A stretch of DNA of 64,000 nucleotides from Octopus vulgaris. Its lineage: Eukaryota. The stretch lies in the NCBI GenBank assembly GCA_951406725.2, contig OX597838.1:34224001-34288000 (forward strand). The letters are read 5' to 3'. The stretch's first letter is position 1; the number at the start of each line of letters is the position of its first letter. The translations under genes and the position numbers were made by a program. Below are positions 26,510-40,300 of the stretch, piece after piece. Below the pieces are notes generated by a model. The model was given only the letters and a program-made list of their open reading frames with translations. It was not told the origin of the DNA and did not search any database.

Positions 26510-26908
26510 CTCTCTTTTACTTGTTTCAGTCATCTGATTGTGGCCATGCTGGAGCACCGCCTTTAATCGAGCAACTCGACCCCGGGACTTATTCTTTTTT
26601 GTAAGCCCAGTACTTATTCTATTGGTCTCTTTTGCCGAACCGCTAATTAACAGAGACATAAGCACACCATCATCGGTTGTCAAGCGATGTTGAGAGTACA
26701 AACAGACACACAAACACAAACGCATATATACATATACATATATACGACGGGCTTCTTTCAGTTTCCGTCTACCAAATTCACTCACAAGGCTTTGGTCGGC
26801 CCGAGGTTATAGTAGAAGACTCTTGCCCAAGATGCCACGCAGTGGGACTGAACCCGGAACCATGTAGTTGGTAAACAAGCTACTTACCACACAGCCACTC
26901 CTGTGCCT
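26510..26908 (-). mobile_element. SINE family A copy
   Basis: Reverse complement of the family A pattern. Further minus copies at about 2044-2425, 2458-2835, 5337-5675, 15557-15941, 22160-22478 and 56270-56870. Confidence 0.85.
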
Positions 26909-28359
26909 ATATATCATTATTATTTATTATTATTATTATTATCATCATTATTATTTAAATTCAAACTAAGCTTAACAAATAGATTAAGAAATAGGTAAAG
27001 AATAATAACACATAATGAGAATTTGTTATGAAGGGGCATGCCCTAGTGGTGAGGACCCTGGGCTGACAATAATTAGATTTCAATTCTCAGATATAGTGAC
27101 ACATTGTGTTGTTGAGCAAGGTATTTAATTGCATGTTTTTCCAGTCCACTTTGCTGAAAAGAAATGCAAGTGGTAGCTGGCATTGAGTCTCTTGTCCAGA
27201 AGAGGGTGGTGTGATGTTATACTTTCAGTCGCCTAATAACAATATATGACAAACAAGGACAGACAAACGGATTAAGTCGATTATATCAACCCCAGTGCGT
27301 AACTGGTACATGAGGATGCTATGAAAGGCCCTGGATACAAAATGGCAGTAGAACATGACCAAAAAGCATCTCTATGGAAGCCTTCCAGAAGTGGCTAACA
27401 AGATCAAAGAATAGTGTCTCTGGATATTCGGTCATTGCATGTGACACCAGGAAGAAGAAGCATCAAAACTTGTGTTCTGGGACACACAGCATGGTACGAG
27501 CAAGTGTAGAAGACATTGACTGACATTTATCGACAATTTGAAGGAGGACACAGAATTGGATTCTATCTATTAACTGAAGGTGGTGATGATAGATTGAGAT
27601 GCTTAGCAAATTAGCTTCGTTTTGGAGTACCAGATGTGAACCCAACCAAAGCAAGGAACATTATACGTATGTTTTTTATGTGTGTCATGATAGAAGATGG
27701 TTAAGGAATGATCTATCCAATTTATGATAGTTACAGTGATAAACATCCCTTTTTTTAATGCCATTTGTGTCATCATCGTCATTTAACGTCCATTTTTTCA
27801 TGCTGGCATGGGTTGGACAGTTTGACAGGATCTGGTGAACCACAGGGCTGCATTGTACTCCACACCAGATTTGGCATGATTTTTGCAACTAGATGCTTTT
27901 CTCAATGACTTTCTTAAATGCCAACCACTTTATTCAGGCAGATTTTCAACAACTAGATACCCTTCCTGATGCCAACTCACACCAGTTTCCAAGCAAGGTA
28001 ATATTTCCCCATGGCCAGACATGTTTCTGCAGGATAAAGGGAACGAACAACACTGCTTGTATGACAGTGGCATTCATTTACAACAATCAATAAGACAAGG
28101 AGATGCACACACAGCGGTCTTCTTTCAGTTTCAAATCCACCAAAAGTCTATAATAAAAGATATTTGCCCAATTTTTCACACCTGAGGGATAGAACCAAAA
28201 AACCATGTTAAGGTCATCATTAGATATTCTTACTTCTTTACTGCCCACAATATATATATAGATGGATATAGATAGATACATACATACTTACATACATACA
28301 CACATAGCTGAGGTTGATAAATAGATAGATAGATTAATAAATAGATAGTTGAGATAGAC

Positions 28360-28390
<31 letters not shown>

Positions 28391-28920
28391 TCAAGAGAGA
28401 GAGAAGGGGGGAATAGATGCTGAAACCTAAGATCCTACTAATCCAGTATTACACAAAAACGAAAGAACTTGTTACAATTCTCATCCCCTCAAAGATGATA
28501 CAGAGTCTACTCTGAAGAGATGTGAGTTGTAACGCCTGGCCATCTTCCTTGTGGGTGAAATTCAGTAGATTTATAATGCAGAAAGCCCTTTCTGTTTATC
28601 TGCATTTATAAACTTTTATAAATCTGTAGAAAGGGAGGTAACATTTAGAAGGGACGTCACTCAGGTCCGCTAAACTACTGGGTGAAATATGTACAGGTCT
28701 AAGCAGTGGAGTTGATGTAACTGTCTATAACTCTTTTAGGCAATGGAAATACAGACTCACTAGGCATGCCTGGGTGGTAAGAAGTTTGCTTCCCAGTCAC
28801 AGGATTTGTGGTTCAGTACTACTGCAAGGTACCTTGGGTAAGTGTCTTCTACTATGCCTTGGGTCAACCAAAGCCTTGTGAGTGGATTTGGTAGACGGAA
28901 ACTCAAAAGGAACCCATCCT

Positions 28921-28962
<42 letters not shown>

Positions 28963-28963
<1 letters not shown>

Positions 28964-29355
28964 GGCGCAGGAGTGGCTGTGTGGTAAGTAGCTTGCTTAC
29001 CAGCCACATGGTTCCGGGTTCATTCCTACTACATGGCACCATGGGCAAGTGTCTTCTACTATAGCCTCGGGCCGACTAAAGCCTTGTGAGTGGATTTGGT
29101 AGACAGAAACTGGAAGAAGCCCGTCGTATATATGTATATATATATATATGTATGTGTGTGTCTGGGTTTGTCCCCCTACCATTGCTTGACAACCGATGGT
29201 GGTGTGCTTATGACCCCGTAACTTAGCGGTTCACCAAAAGGGACTGATAGAATAAGTACTAGGCTTACAAAGAATAAGCTCTGGGGTCGATTCGCTCGAC
29301 TAAGGGCGGTGCTCCAGCATGGCTGCAGTCAAATGACTGAAACAAGTAAAAGAGT
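28963..29355 (+). mobile_element. SINE family A copy (preceded by a partial copy at about 28763-28940)
   Basis: Collinear with 428-851. Confidence 0.85.
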
Positions 29356-29628
29356 ATACATATCGTCAGTAAATCATAAATCCAGAAAAGAAGCACACTC
29401 TAAGTTAGACAGCAGTAAAGTCTAAAGATAGATATGGCTGGTCTATGAGGTTACCCTGGGTTTCATGTCCATAAAGCGCTTAGCCTTGCAGTATCCCTCC
29501 AGATCCTATGCCTATGGCTTCTCTATATATATTTCACTTAAGCGTAATGAGACCAATAACCAATATACATATGGTCCAGAATACGTTAGATGAGTGTAGA
29601 CTCATAGCCTTGGGTCAACCAAGGTACG

Positions 29629-29769
29629 AAGAGATGACAACAGAAAAAAAAACAAAGGTTATGTAATGACTTCATTAGCTTACAGTTGTTTCTGCTATAA
29701 TATGTGGACAAACAGCTGTGAGCTAATGATGTTCATTACATAACCTTCGTTTTTCTGGTATCATCTCTT
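29629..29769. repeat. About 140-bp imperfect inverted repeat inside a SINE remnant
   Basis: aagagatga..cagaaaaa..aaggttatgtaatga..tcattagcttacagttgttt versus aaacagctgtgagctaatga..tcattacataacctt..tttttctg..tcatctctt. Confidence 0.85.
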
Positions 29770-30904
29770 TGTTCCTATATATATGTGTGTCTTCGTGTCT
29801 GCTTTTGTCCCTCCCCACTATTGCTTGACAACCGGTGTTGTTTTTGTTTATGTCCCCGTAATTTAGCAGTTTGGCAAAAGAGGCTGATAGAATAAGTACC
29901 AGACTTAAAAGAAAGTAAGGACTGAGGGTTGACTCATTCGACTAAAAAAAAAATTCTTCGAGGAGGTGCCCCAGCATGGCCATAGTCAAATGACTGAAAC
30001 AAGATAAAAAAAAAAAAAACAGGGGTAATTAGTGGAGAACGAGTAAGAATTTGTAACAAGAGACCAATTTTGCTGATGAGAATTGAGGCATATCTGGATT
30101 TATCTCTGTCAAGGAAAATGAAAAGAATGATTTTTCTCTAATTTTGACACAATGCCAGCCGCTTTGAGGGAAGTGAGCCTGTTGATTATATCGACCCCAG
30201 ACCTCAATGTGTACCTATTATGTTGATCCCAATAGGGAGAAAGGAAAATTTGACCTTGGTGAAATCTGAACTCAGAATGTAAAGAGCCTGAGTAAAGACC
30301 CTAAGTCATTCTGCCTGATGCCCTAACACTTCTACCAGCTTATTGCTTTAATAATAATAATGATCCTTTTAACAATAATAATAATCCTATATGCACAAAA
30401 CCTGGAATTTTGGGGGAGGGGGACTAGTCGATTACATCAACCCACAGTACTCAACTGGTACTTATTCTATGACTCACATTAGGATGAAAAGCAAAATCAA
30501 CCTCGGAAGAAATTGAACTCATAACCTAGCAACAGACGGAATGCTGCTAACCATTCTGCCAGCTCACCACCTTATTTTTTAACAACAACAACAACAGTAG
30601 CAGCAGCAGCAACAGCAACAACAATGATAATTGTTTCAAAGTTTGCCACAAGGGCAGCAATTTAGGGGAAGGGGTCAAGTCAAGGCAAAGCCGACCTCAG
30701 GGGAATTTTAACTCAGAATGTAGCGGCAGATGAAATACCTAGGGGCTAAACACAGAGGGGACAAACAAGGACAGACAAACGGATTAAGTCGATTACATTG
30801 ACCCAAGTGCGTAACTGTTACTTAATTTATCGACCCCGAAAGGATGAAAGGCAAAGTCAACCTTGGCGGAATTTGAACTCAGAAGGTAACGGCAGATGAA
30901 ATAC

Positions 30905-31525
30905 CTGTGTAGATATTCAGTAAGGATATTGGGATGGAATGTGGGACTAAAAGGTGTGGTATGCCTATCATAAGAAAAGGCAAAGTAGTGTCATCTGATG
31001 GTGAGGAACTACTTAAGGGCATCGCTGAGAACAATGAAGATAAGATCCTGTAGGATTTTATAATCCAATGTGACACCCTAATCAATGCTCAGAGACCAGA
31101 CACTGTTGTGGTAGGTAAAGATAAAAGGAAACTAATCATATTGTCATACCTGGGGGTGCATGCATAGGTGACAAAGAACTGGAAAAGGTAGAAAAATACA
31201 AATTACTAAATGACAAAATAACAATAATGTGGGCAATGAGGAGAACAACTGTCATCCGAGTAGTTGTAGGGACACTTGGAGCAATAACAACTAAGTTCAG
31301 GTATTATGCCAGAGAAATTGGAATTGACATGAGGACATGCGGAAAAAACTGCTCTATTGGGAACAGCTAGGATTTTGAGATTGGTGGTGCTTGACATCCG
31401 AGTACCAAGTCTTATAATTTGTGGAAAGAAAACCTGTGAGACCTCTGACAACAGGTTGCTGTCTGCTCTCACAAAATTAACCAGAGCAAGTAAGGCTGAG
31501 AGGCCCTGAGAAGTAAAATATAATA
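30905..31525 (+). mobile_element. R4/Dong-like non-LTR retrotransposon remnant (restriction-like endonuclease)
   Basis: Frameshifted pieces DIGMECG..CG, DFIIQCDTLINAQRPDTVVV, KELEKVEKY, VVGTLGAI and ALLGTARILR, typical of the RLE domain; ends in taataat. Confidence 0.7.
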
Positions 31526-33437
31526 ATTTAAAATTCTAGAACAAGGCCGGCAATTTCAGGGGAGGGGATCAATCAGCTGGTACTTATTTTTTATTGATCC
31601 TGAAGGCTGAAAGGTAAAGCTGACCTTGGTTGTATTTGAACTGAGAACATAAAGATGGATAAAATGTCACTAAGCATTTTGCCCAATGTGTTAAGGATTC
31701 TTGCCATAATAATAATAATAATAATAATAATAATATTAATGATAATAATAATAATAATAATAAATAATAATAATAATGATGATGATAATAATAATAATAA
31801 TAATGATGATAGATATTAATGATAATAATAATAATAATAATCCTTTCTACTAAAGGCACAAGGCCTGAAATTTGGCAGGAGTGGTGCTAGTTGATTACAT
31901 TGACCCCAGTGAGTCTTGTGAGTGGATTTGGTAGATGGAAACTGAAAGAAGCCTGTCGTACATATATATCTATGTGTGTGTGTTTGTCCCCACCCTACTA
32001 CTTCACAATCAGTGGTGGTGTGTTGTGTTTACATGCGCTATAACTTAACAGTTTGGCAAAAGTATGAAAAATAAGGACTGGGGTTGGTGCCCCAGCATGG
32101 CCATAGTCTACTGAATGAAATGATTAAAAGATAAAAAGAAACCAACCTAACATATCGTGATTTTATATTACATTTTCTAAGGCTATGTTCTTAAGAACAG
32201 ATTAATGACAAAATTAGTTACAGCCCTTATTTTACCTAAAATTCATCGTTAATTTTTAGCATTCAGATTCTGTCAAATGTAATTCTTGCATTTTCACATT
32301 GTTTTGTATTCATCATGGATTATCTTGTAGTTTTGAGATTTTGATAATATGAGACCTATTGAGTCAAGTACATTAACACCAACATCAAAATGAAAATCAA
32401 ATGGAAATTGTAGTTGTGATACCTGTGCCGGTGACATGTTAAAAGCACCGTCCGAACGTGGCAAATGCCAGCGTCACCTGACTGGCGTCTGTGTTTGTGA
32501 CACGTAAGAGCACCAACCGATCATGCCGTTTGTCAGCCTCCTCTGGTCCCTGCGCCGGTGGCACGTAAAAAGCACCCACTACACTCTCGGAGTGGTTGGC
32601 ATTAGGAAGGGCATCCAGCTGTAGAAACACTGCCAGATCAGACTGGAGCCTGGGGCAGCCTCCTGGCTTCCCAGACCCCGGTCAAACCATTCAACCCATG
32701 CTAGCATGGAAAACGGATGTTAAACGATGATGATGATTGTTTATTTTTAGAATGACATTGTAGGGTAGGTATGAGGGGCCAGATCTAGCCCTTTTGAACA
32801 TGAAACATGTAAAATATTGGGGTTGGATATGGCTGGTTTAAATGCTAAAGGCTTAATTCTTTTCAGGAGTTGAAAGGATGCGAAGGGCATAATAACCTAA
32901 TATCACAATAAAATATACCCAGTAGTTACAGAACAAGTAGAGAAAAGTTAGGGGATAGAGGACCCTTTAATCTTGCCCTGTTGAGGACATGGTACTGTAC
33001 TCTATAAATTGGTTGGTGTCAGGAAGGGCATTTAGCCATAGAAACCATGCTAAATTGAAGCATATGGGCAAAAGGTGGTTCCCCCAATCTATCTAAAAAG
33101 TTTATAATACCAAATGAAAATGGACTTTGATCTGTGATGAGTCATTCAATCCATGCAGTTATAACATGAAGATGATTTAAACATAGAGGAAGCATATGTC
33201 ATTGGAAATATAGTTATAAAATTAGCTGAAGATTACACGGCATCTTAAATCTGCTGTAATATTTACAGCTTTTAATAAAATGTTGTAGTATGAAACAATT
33301 GTACTAAATTACCGGATCCATTCTTGTTGCTTATTTTTGATTATAATTACCCCGCATAGTTTTATGGGTAAGACCATAAAAAATTCTGGTGCATCTAAAT
33401 TAAGTACCATATTCATTTGAATCTAAATTGTTTGCTG

Positions 33438-33472
<35 letters not shown>

Positions 33473-35411
33473 CACATACACACACAATATACATACATAT
33501 ACGCACGCACACACACACACACTACAATATTAAGGAAGGTCCAGACCAGAATAAATCTGATTCATTTGCAAGTAATCCAACAACCCAGTTTTCAATTATG
33601 TAACAGTGCTAATAATAACAATCAAGATCGAGTCTAATTAGAAATTGATGGGGGAGGTTTAATTAAATGAATTCATTTCTGTTAAAGTATTTAATGATAC
33701 CAAAAGGAAGAATGTAAGGTAGAAGAAAAAATAAAAAAAAAGGAAAACCCTTCATCTTTGAAGTCAGTGTAAAGGGAGACAACTAGAGTATTTATTCTAT
33801 TGTCACTATTTGACCCTTTAATATTTGAACTAAGCATATCAGGCACAGATATTCTACCCGGCTTATACTGATACCGGATAGGTCTGGCTTCTCACACATA
33901 TCCTACAATGTCATTCTGAAAATAAATAATCACACAATTGAAGTCTCGTAGCTACGAGACAATGCATGATTAATTCAAAACAATGTGAATAAATAAGTAT
34001 TACATCTGACAGAGGAATTTGGATCCTAAAGGATTAATCATAAATTAGCATAGGTACAAGACCAGGAAATTTAGTGGTGGGGATGTTAGTTGATTAAAGT
34101 GACCCAGGACTTGGCTGGCACTTGCCTGGCTTGCTAACAATTCTGCCAGCTCAGAAACAAGTAAAATGATAAGAATATGTGTTGAGCGTGATAGTTACCT
34201 GCGTCACCTTACTGGTACTTGTGCTGGTGGCATGGGAAAAAACATTCGAGCGAGGCTGTTGCCAGGGCCGCTGGACTGGCTCCTGTGCAGGTGGCACATA
34301 AAAAGCACCATTTGAGTGTGGCTGCTGCCAGTACCGCCTGACTGGCCCTCGTGCCGGTGGCATGTAAAAGCACCCACTACACTCTCAGAGTGGTTGGTGT
34401 TAGGAAGGGCATCCAGCTGTAGAAACTCTGCCAGATCAGATGGGAATCTGGTGCAAGCCATCTGGTTCGACAGACCTCAGTCAAATCGTCCAACCCATGA
34501 TAGCATAGAAAGCAGACGTTAAACTATGATGATGATGTGTGTGTGTGTGTGTGTGTGAGAGAGAGTCCTAGTGATCTTGTGGATAAAGGCATATATATAG
34601 AGAGCAGCAATATCCTGGGCAGGGTTCACCACTGCCCAGGGCCTAATCACCATCATCTTTCTTATTTAATGTCTGTTTTCCATGCTGGTGGTATAGGTTG
34701 GGCTGTTTGACAGGATCCAGCAAACAGCAGGGCTGCACCAAGCTACAACGTCAACTTTCGACATGTTTTCAACTGTTGAATGTCCTTCCTAATGTCGACC
34801 CTCTTACAATGTGTACTGGGTACTCTTTTTATTTTGTGCCACCAACACGAGTGAGGTTGCCAAGTAAATTATGAGACGGAAAAAAAAAGCAGGAAAGAGA
34901 GAAGCCCTTCTAACTAAGTGTATGCGAATGGGGTTTTAGGGAAGAGAAGGTGGCTTCAAACCAGGAGCTAAGAGGCTATGTATGATGAAAAGGCGTCGAG
35001 TTGGCAGAAACGTTAGCATGCCGGGCGAAATACTTAGTGGGATTTCGACTGCTGCTACGTTCTGAGTTCAAGCTCCGCCAAGGTAGATTTTTTGCCTTTC
35101 ATCCTTTCGGGGTTGATAAATAAGTACCAGTTTCACACTGGGGTCGATGTAATCGACTCGATCCGTTTGTCTGTCTTTGTTTGTTCCCTCTATGTTTAGC
35201 CCCTTGTGGGCAATAAAGAAATAGAAATAGGAAATATATGATGAAGGGATACAAACAGATGGCTTGCTATAAAGGAGATACAAAACTACCCCAGATTATA
35301 AGATTAAGTAGAAGTAATTGAGGTGAAGATAGAGAAGAAAGATGATCATGATGGTGTGCCAGAGCCAATTCTAAAGGTAGGTGAGTGTAAGAGAGGATAT
35401 GAACAGTGGAT

Positions 35412-35796
35412 TGGAGGCGCAATGGCCCAGTGGTTAGGGCAGCGGACTCGCGGTCGTAGGATCGTGGTTTTGATTCCCGGACCGGGCATTGTGAGTGTTT
35501 ATTGAGCGAAAACACCTAAAGCTCCACGAAGCTCCGGTACGGGATGGTGGTGATCCCTGCTGTACTCTTTCACCACAACTTTCTCTCACTCTTACTTCCT
35601 GTTTCTGTTGTACCTGTATTTCAAAGGGCCGGCCTTGTCACTCTCTGAGTCACGCTGAATATCCCGAGAACTACGTTAAGGGTACACGTGTCTGCGGAGT
35701 GCTCAGCCACTTACACGTTAATTTCACGAGCAGGCTGTTCCGTTGATCGGATCAACCGGAACACTCGTTGTCGTAACCGACGGAGTGCTTCCCAAG
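35412..35796 (+). mobile_element. tRNA-derived SINE family D, tail type a, with 12-bp TSD
   Basis: Head tggaggcgcaatggcccagtggttagggcagcggactc; TSD tgaacagtggat at 35400-35411 and 35797-35808; sister copy at about 57050-57434 (-). Confidence 0.9.
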
Positions 35797-36143
35797 TGAA
35801 CAGTGGATCAAGAAGGAAAGGAAAGGACAGGCATTTTTTGTAAGAATGTGAGGTGAGGTATTGATTGATAGACAGACAGACAGATATGTACATTAAAGTT
35901 TGTTCTAACTGAACATCCATGTTTAAATGGGAATAAATATAACCTCTCAGTATTAATACTACTTCTATCAGTAATATATTTGCTGGTTCAAAGACCCAAG
36001 TATTCAAATTTAATGGTAGTTAGAATATATAAGAGAACTAAAGAGAACAGCAAAAAATAAAACAACTATAGTTTATGGTAATTAGCCTTTAGCATTTACA
36101 CCAGCCGTATCTAGCCTAAACATATGAAATGATTTATATTCAA

Positions 36144-36648
36144 CTAGCAGTATTGCCCGGCATTGCTTGGGTTTGTAAGGGAAATAACTATATAAGCATT
36201 TTTAGAGAGTTACTTCCCTTATAGATGCCAATTCGTTCGCTTTCTTAGCCATTTCTGTTTTGGTGTCTTCAAGCCATGAAGTCGTTCTAAAAGAACGCTG
36301 GTCTCCTTGACAACGCTTTACGACGTTGATTTCCTTACACTCCCTTCCCCACAGCTTCATGAGGGAGGGAAGAAGCAAACAGGTGCAGGTGTGACCATGG
36401 ACGCCAACTCCGCCGCCATCGACACACGAAAAATTATGCATTAAAATGGAATAAAAAATGATGTTAAATTATTTTTAAAATCGTAGACTCATCGTAGACG
36501 CGCGCTAATACTCAGACGGGCTCGATATGAATCACGACTATAAGATACCCGAATTTGGTTAAACTGCACCGCAAAATTTGGGAGGAGTTAGGAATCTAAA
36601 TCGAAGGGGACAGACACTCACACAACTACAGTTCTATATATATATAGA
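36144..36648 (-). mobile_element. Non-autonomous Helitron, about 505 bp
   Basis: On the minus strand it begins TC(TATATA) after an A and ends with a ccc...ggg hairpin (36156-36171) then CTAG before a T. There is no TSD, and it splits a P1 MITE copy. Confidence 0.78.
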
Positions 36649-39301
36649 TCTGGTCAGATTTGGCCTTTTATGTGTATCTACAATGTCAGTCTAAGCTCAA
36701 TTACGTCATCAAAATCTTGAAGTTTTGAAATAATGCAAGATTAATTGAGAACAATGTGACTAAATAAGTATTACGTTTGACAGAGTAAAGAATCTGGAAA
36801 AAAAAAACAGCAACAAATAAAAAAAAATGGTGATAAGTAAAAAGACAACAAATCAAAAACCAGTTATGAATAATTTACATATAATTTCATTGTTTATCGA
36901 CTAGAATAGGTGTGTGTGTGTGTGTGTGTGTGTATATAGATATATATATATATATTATATAGTCGTATAAGAGTAATTAGTTTACAATGGCACAGATAGA
37001 CAAGGAAGGAGGAGAAACTGCAGTCCTACTTGAATAAATTTCAAGTAAATTTTGGACAGATTTTTTCTAAAAATGAAAATTTAAAAAAAAAAATTATTGA
37101 AACTAACACTTAATAAATTTTTTAAAAAAAGGGTGTAAAGAAGGAAAAAGAAAAGGAAAATATATTTACCATTTATTCTAACATTTTTTCTTCAGCTGAA
37201 AGTATACAAAATTCACTAAAAGGAGTGTGTGTGTGTGTGTGTTTAAGTTTATCTCTCTAGGTTTTCTACAGAATTCAGAGCCAGCCCTTTAAGTTACAAT
37301 GTTCATCTATGAATATGTCTATGTAAACAATGTTGTCAAAGGCAGAAAAATGGGTGTACATAAATATTTCAAGAGTTATTGCACTTTCATCAGTACCACA
37401 TTCAAACCATCAACTAGCTATGAACACATTGCTTAGATACCCACTATGTTTAGCAGTATAACACAATTGGATAGACCAGTTTAATACATTCCTGGCAGCT
37501 GGCATGTAAATATTTATTGCTAGCAAGGACACAGTATTTTATATATATATATATATATATATAATATTTAATCTATAACTGTCAATCTGACAAAATATAT
37601 GTTGGAATAAGAATTATGGATTAAATATTTTAATTATGCTTAGGCATATCTTTGTGTACTCTATAAAACTTGGCTGGATATAGCTTCTTTGGAACTTGTC
37701 ACCCACAAGAACACATCTATCTATCTATCTATCTATATATATATCAGTGGGCAAATGAAAACATTTGGTAAGAGTTACTTAAACATCTTAATAATATGAA
37801 ACCGAGTTAAACGTATTATTAAAAACTGTGTGTATGTGTGAGTGTGTACATAATCACTACTGTTGGTGTCATGTAAAAAGCATTTGTAAAGTGGTTGGCA
37901 TTAGGAAGGGCACCCAGCTGTAGAAAGTAAGCTAGAAATAGACAATGGAATCTGATATGGCTCTTGGACATACAAGCTTCTGGCAAGTTGTCCAACCGAT
38001 GCCATCATGGAAATCGGACATTAAATGGCGATATGAATATACTGTGTGAGTATGAACAAGTTAACTTTGCCTTTCATTTGTTCAGGAGTTCGTGAATGAC
38101 CAAAGTACCAACACTGGGCAGTGAATTTGTAGAATTATTAGATTTTTTCATGAGATACCTTAAGATATCTTCTCTGACTGTTTGATTCAAAATTTCATCT
38201 TGGTGCCCAATGGTCAGGATTAATCACCCAAGCATAGATACACCCAGTGTACAATTCGGCCAGGTTAGGTGAGTAGGTAAGCTTACATTGAGCATAGATA
38301 AGTGAGTAATAGCATGCTGACATGGGAAATGGTTGAATGGATGGACATGAGTCCAAGGAATACTCATCCACTTGCCAATACAATGCATCAATGGCTGTGG
38401 TGGTAGTAGGGTTGATCAAACAACTAGAACACTCATCTTTCAAAACTGAGAGAGGAACCATTGGGAGATGTGTGTGCACATGTCCGTGTGTGCACATGTC
38501 CGTGTGTGTGTATGTCCGTGTGTGTGTATGTGTGTGTGTGTGTGTAACTGAATATATGCCTGTGAGAGGCAAAAAAAAAAAAAATCAAATATGTGTAAAG
38601 AGAGGTAAGAGACAATTTTTTTTGAGAAAATTCACTGATTTATTTTCAAGCACAATTATTAAATTAAAATATCGATAATGATAATAATAATAATAATAAT
38701 AATGATAATAATAATAATAATAATGATGATAATAATAATAATCTCCAAGGATAGTTTTGTTTTATTATATTTATTTTATTTATTTATTTTTTAATAAATC
38801 AGCTGCAAATTGCAATTTTGTTACTAAGATTTTAAATTACTTAAATGTTTGTTATGTTCTGTAATTATTAGGAAGGAGCGACCAAATATATATAATATAA
38901 TTTAAGTACACAAAATAGATTTTTTTGTTTTCTAAACATTCAATATAATAATAATAATGATATTAATAATAATAATAATAATAATGATAATAATAAACAG
39001 GCTGGAACTAATAATTTATTAAAAATGTTCTCATTCAAATCAAAATTGAAGTTATTCTCATCAATTCTTATTTCTCACATCGCATACACGTGGACTAATT
39101 AACTTGATGAAGATTTAAAAAAAAAAAAAAAGTTTTAATAAACGAAGAATTCATCAACAAAGATTTTTTAGATTTTTTTTTTCTGATATTTTTTAAAATG
39201 TTGTTGTTTCTGTTTTTCTTTACTACTAGTGAGAACACTTTTGAGGATAAATACATTCTTTGAAATAAACAGCATTCCTTTTGTCATTGCTTTTTCTTTT
39301 A

Positions 39302-39342
<41 letters not shown>

Positions 39343-40237
39343 ATTTGAAGAACATTCAACTAGAAAAAAAAAGTTCATAAAATAAATAGGTAAATCCAGT
39401 TAAGAATTTAAAATTTCAAAACGATATGGATTATCAAAGAGAGCATCTCTCCCTTTCTCTCTCACTTACCAACCCAACCTCCCATTTTTCAATCATACAA
39501 TTTTAATAAGATTCAGGCAAAATAAACTATTTCTTTTGTTTGAAATTCAATTTAAAAAAAAAAAGAATCATAATTTATATGACTTTTGCATGAATATATG
39601 AGTATGTATGCATGCAAGTCTTTCTGTATCTATACCAACTGATGTTGTATATTTGTTTACAGTTATTTATTTTATCAATAAACCTTAAAATCAACTTTTT
39701 GAAGACATTTTGGATAAGACTTTATCATGATTTAGAAAAAAAAAAAAAAAAATTAATAATAATAGATTTCAAGAAATGTTCAAAGTGTGTGTGTGTGCGT
39801 GTGTAAAAAAAAGATTGATTTTAAATTCACCAACAAACAACTAACTGAAATATTAACAACAATATATCATTATTTATATTTGACTTGGCAAAATTCAGAA
39901 GTTCCATAATATATATATATATATATATATATATCCACTGAACACTTTGGTATATTGGCCTGGACATTTTCAAAGACAGTATGTATGGATTTCTAATAGA
40001 CAAAAAAATAAAATAAAATTAAATTAAAAAAAACAAAAAAACAAAGAAACCCGCAATAAAGATGTTAAGTTATGAATCATAATCAGTTTTTTAAAGTCCT
40101 TTTCATAATCATTTTGTTCTTTAAATTCAGTTTGTCTCTCAAACTCTAACTGTATCGTATTCTTTGATTTGTGTTGGTTTCTTCTTAACAAGTAAACCAT
40201 TTTTACAAAGTGAATTGAGAAAAATATGTTAGGATAA

Positions 40238-40300
<63 letters not shown>

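Noticed and set aside
33350-33373. Apparent 8-nt plus-strand microexon (catAG ttttatgg GTaaga)
   Set aside because: No host gene identified, not a multiple of 3, and such motifs arise by chance.
35412-35490. tRNA gene calls for SINE heads (also 428, 1151, 61204)
   Set aside because: A/B boxes are present, but they run into SINE bodies with tails or TSDs and lack a complete cloverleaf.
38195-38572. 125-aa minus ORF and clustered plus-strand donor-like motifs at about 38264-38282
   Set aside because: No recognisable protein similarity, the ORF begins in a CA repeat, and I found no partner splice sites.
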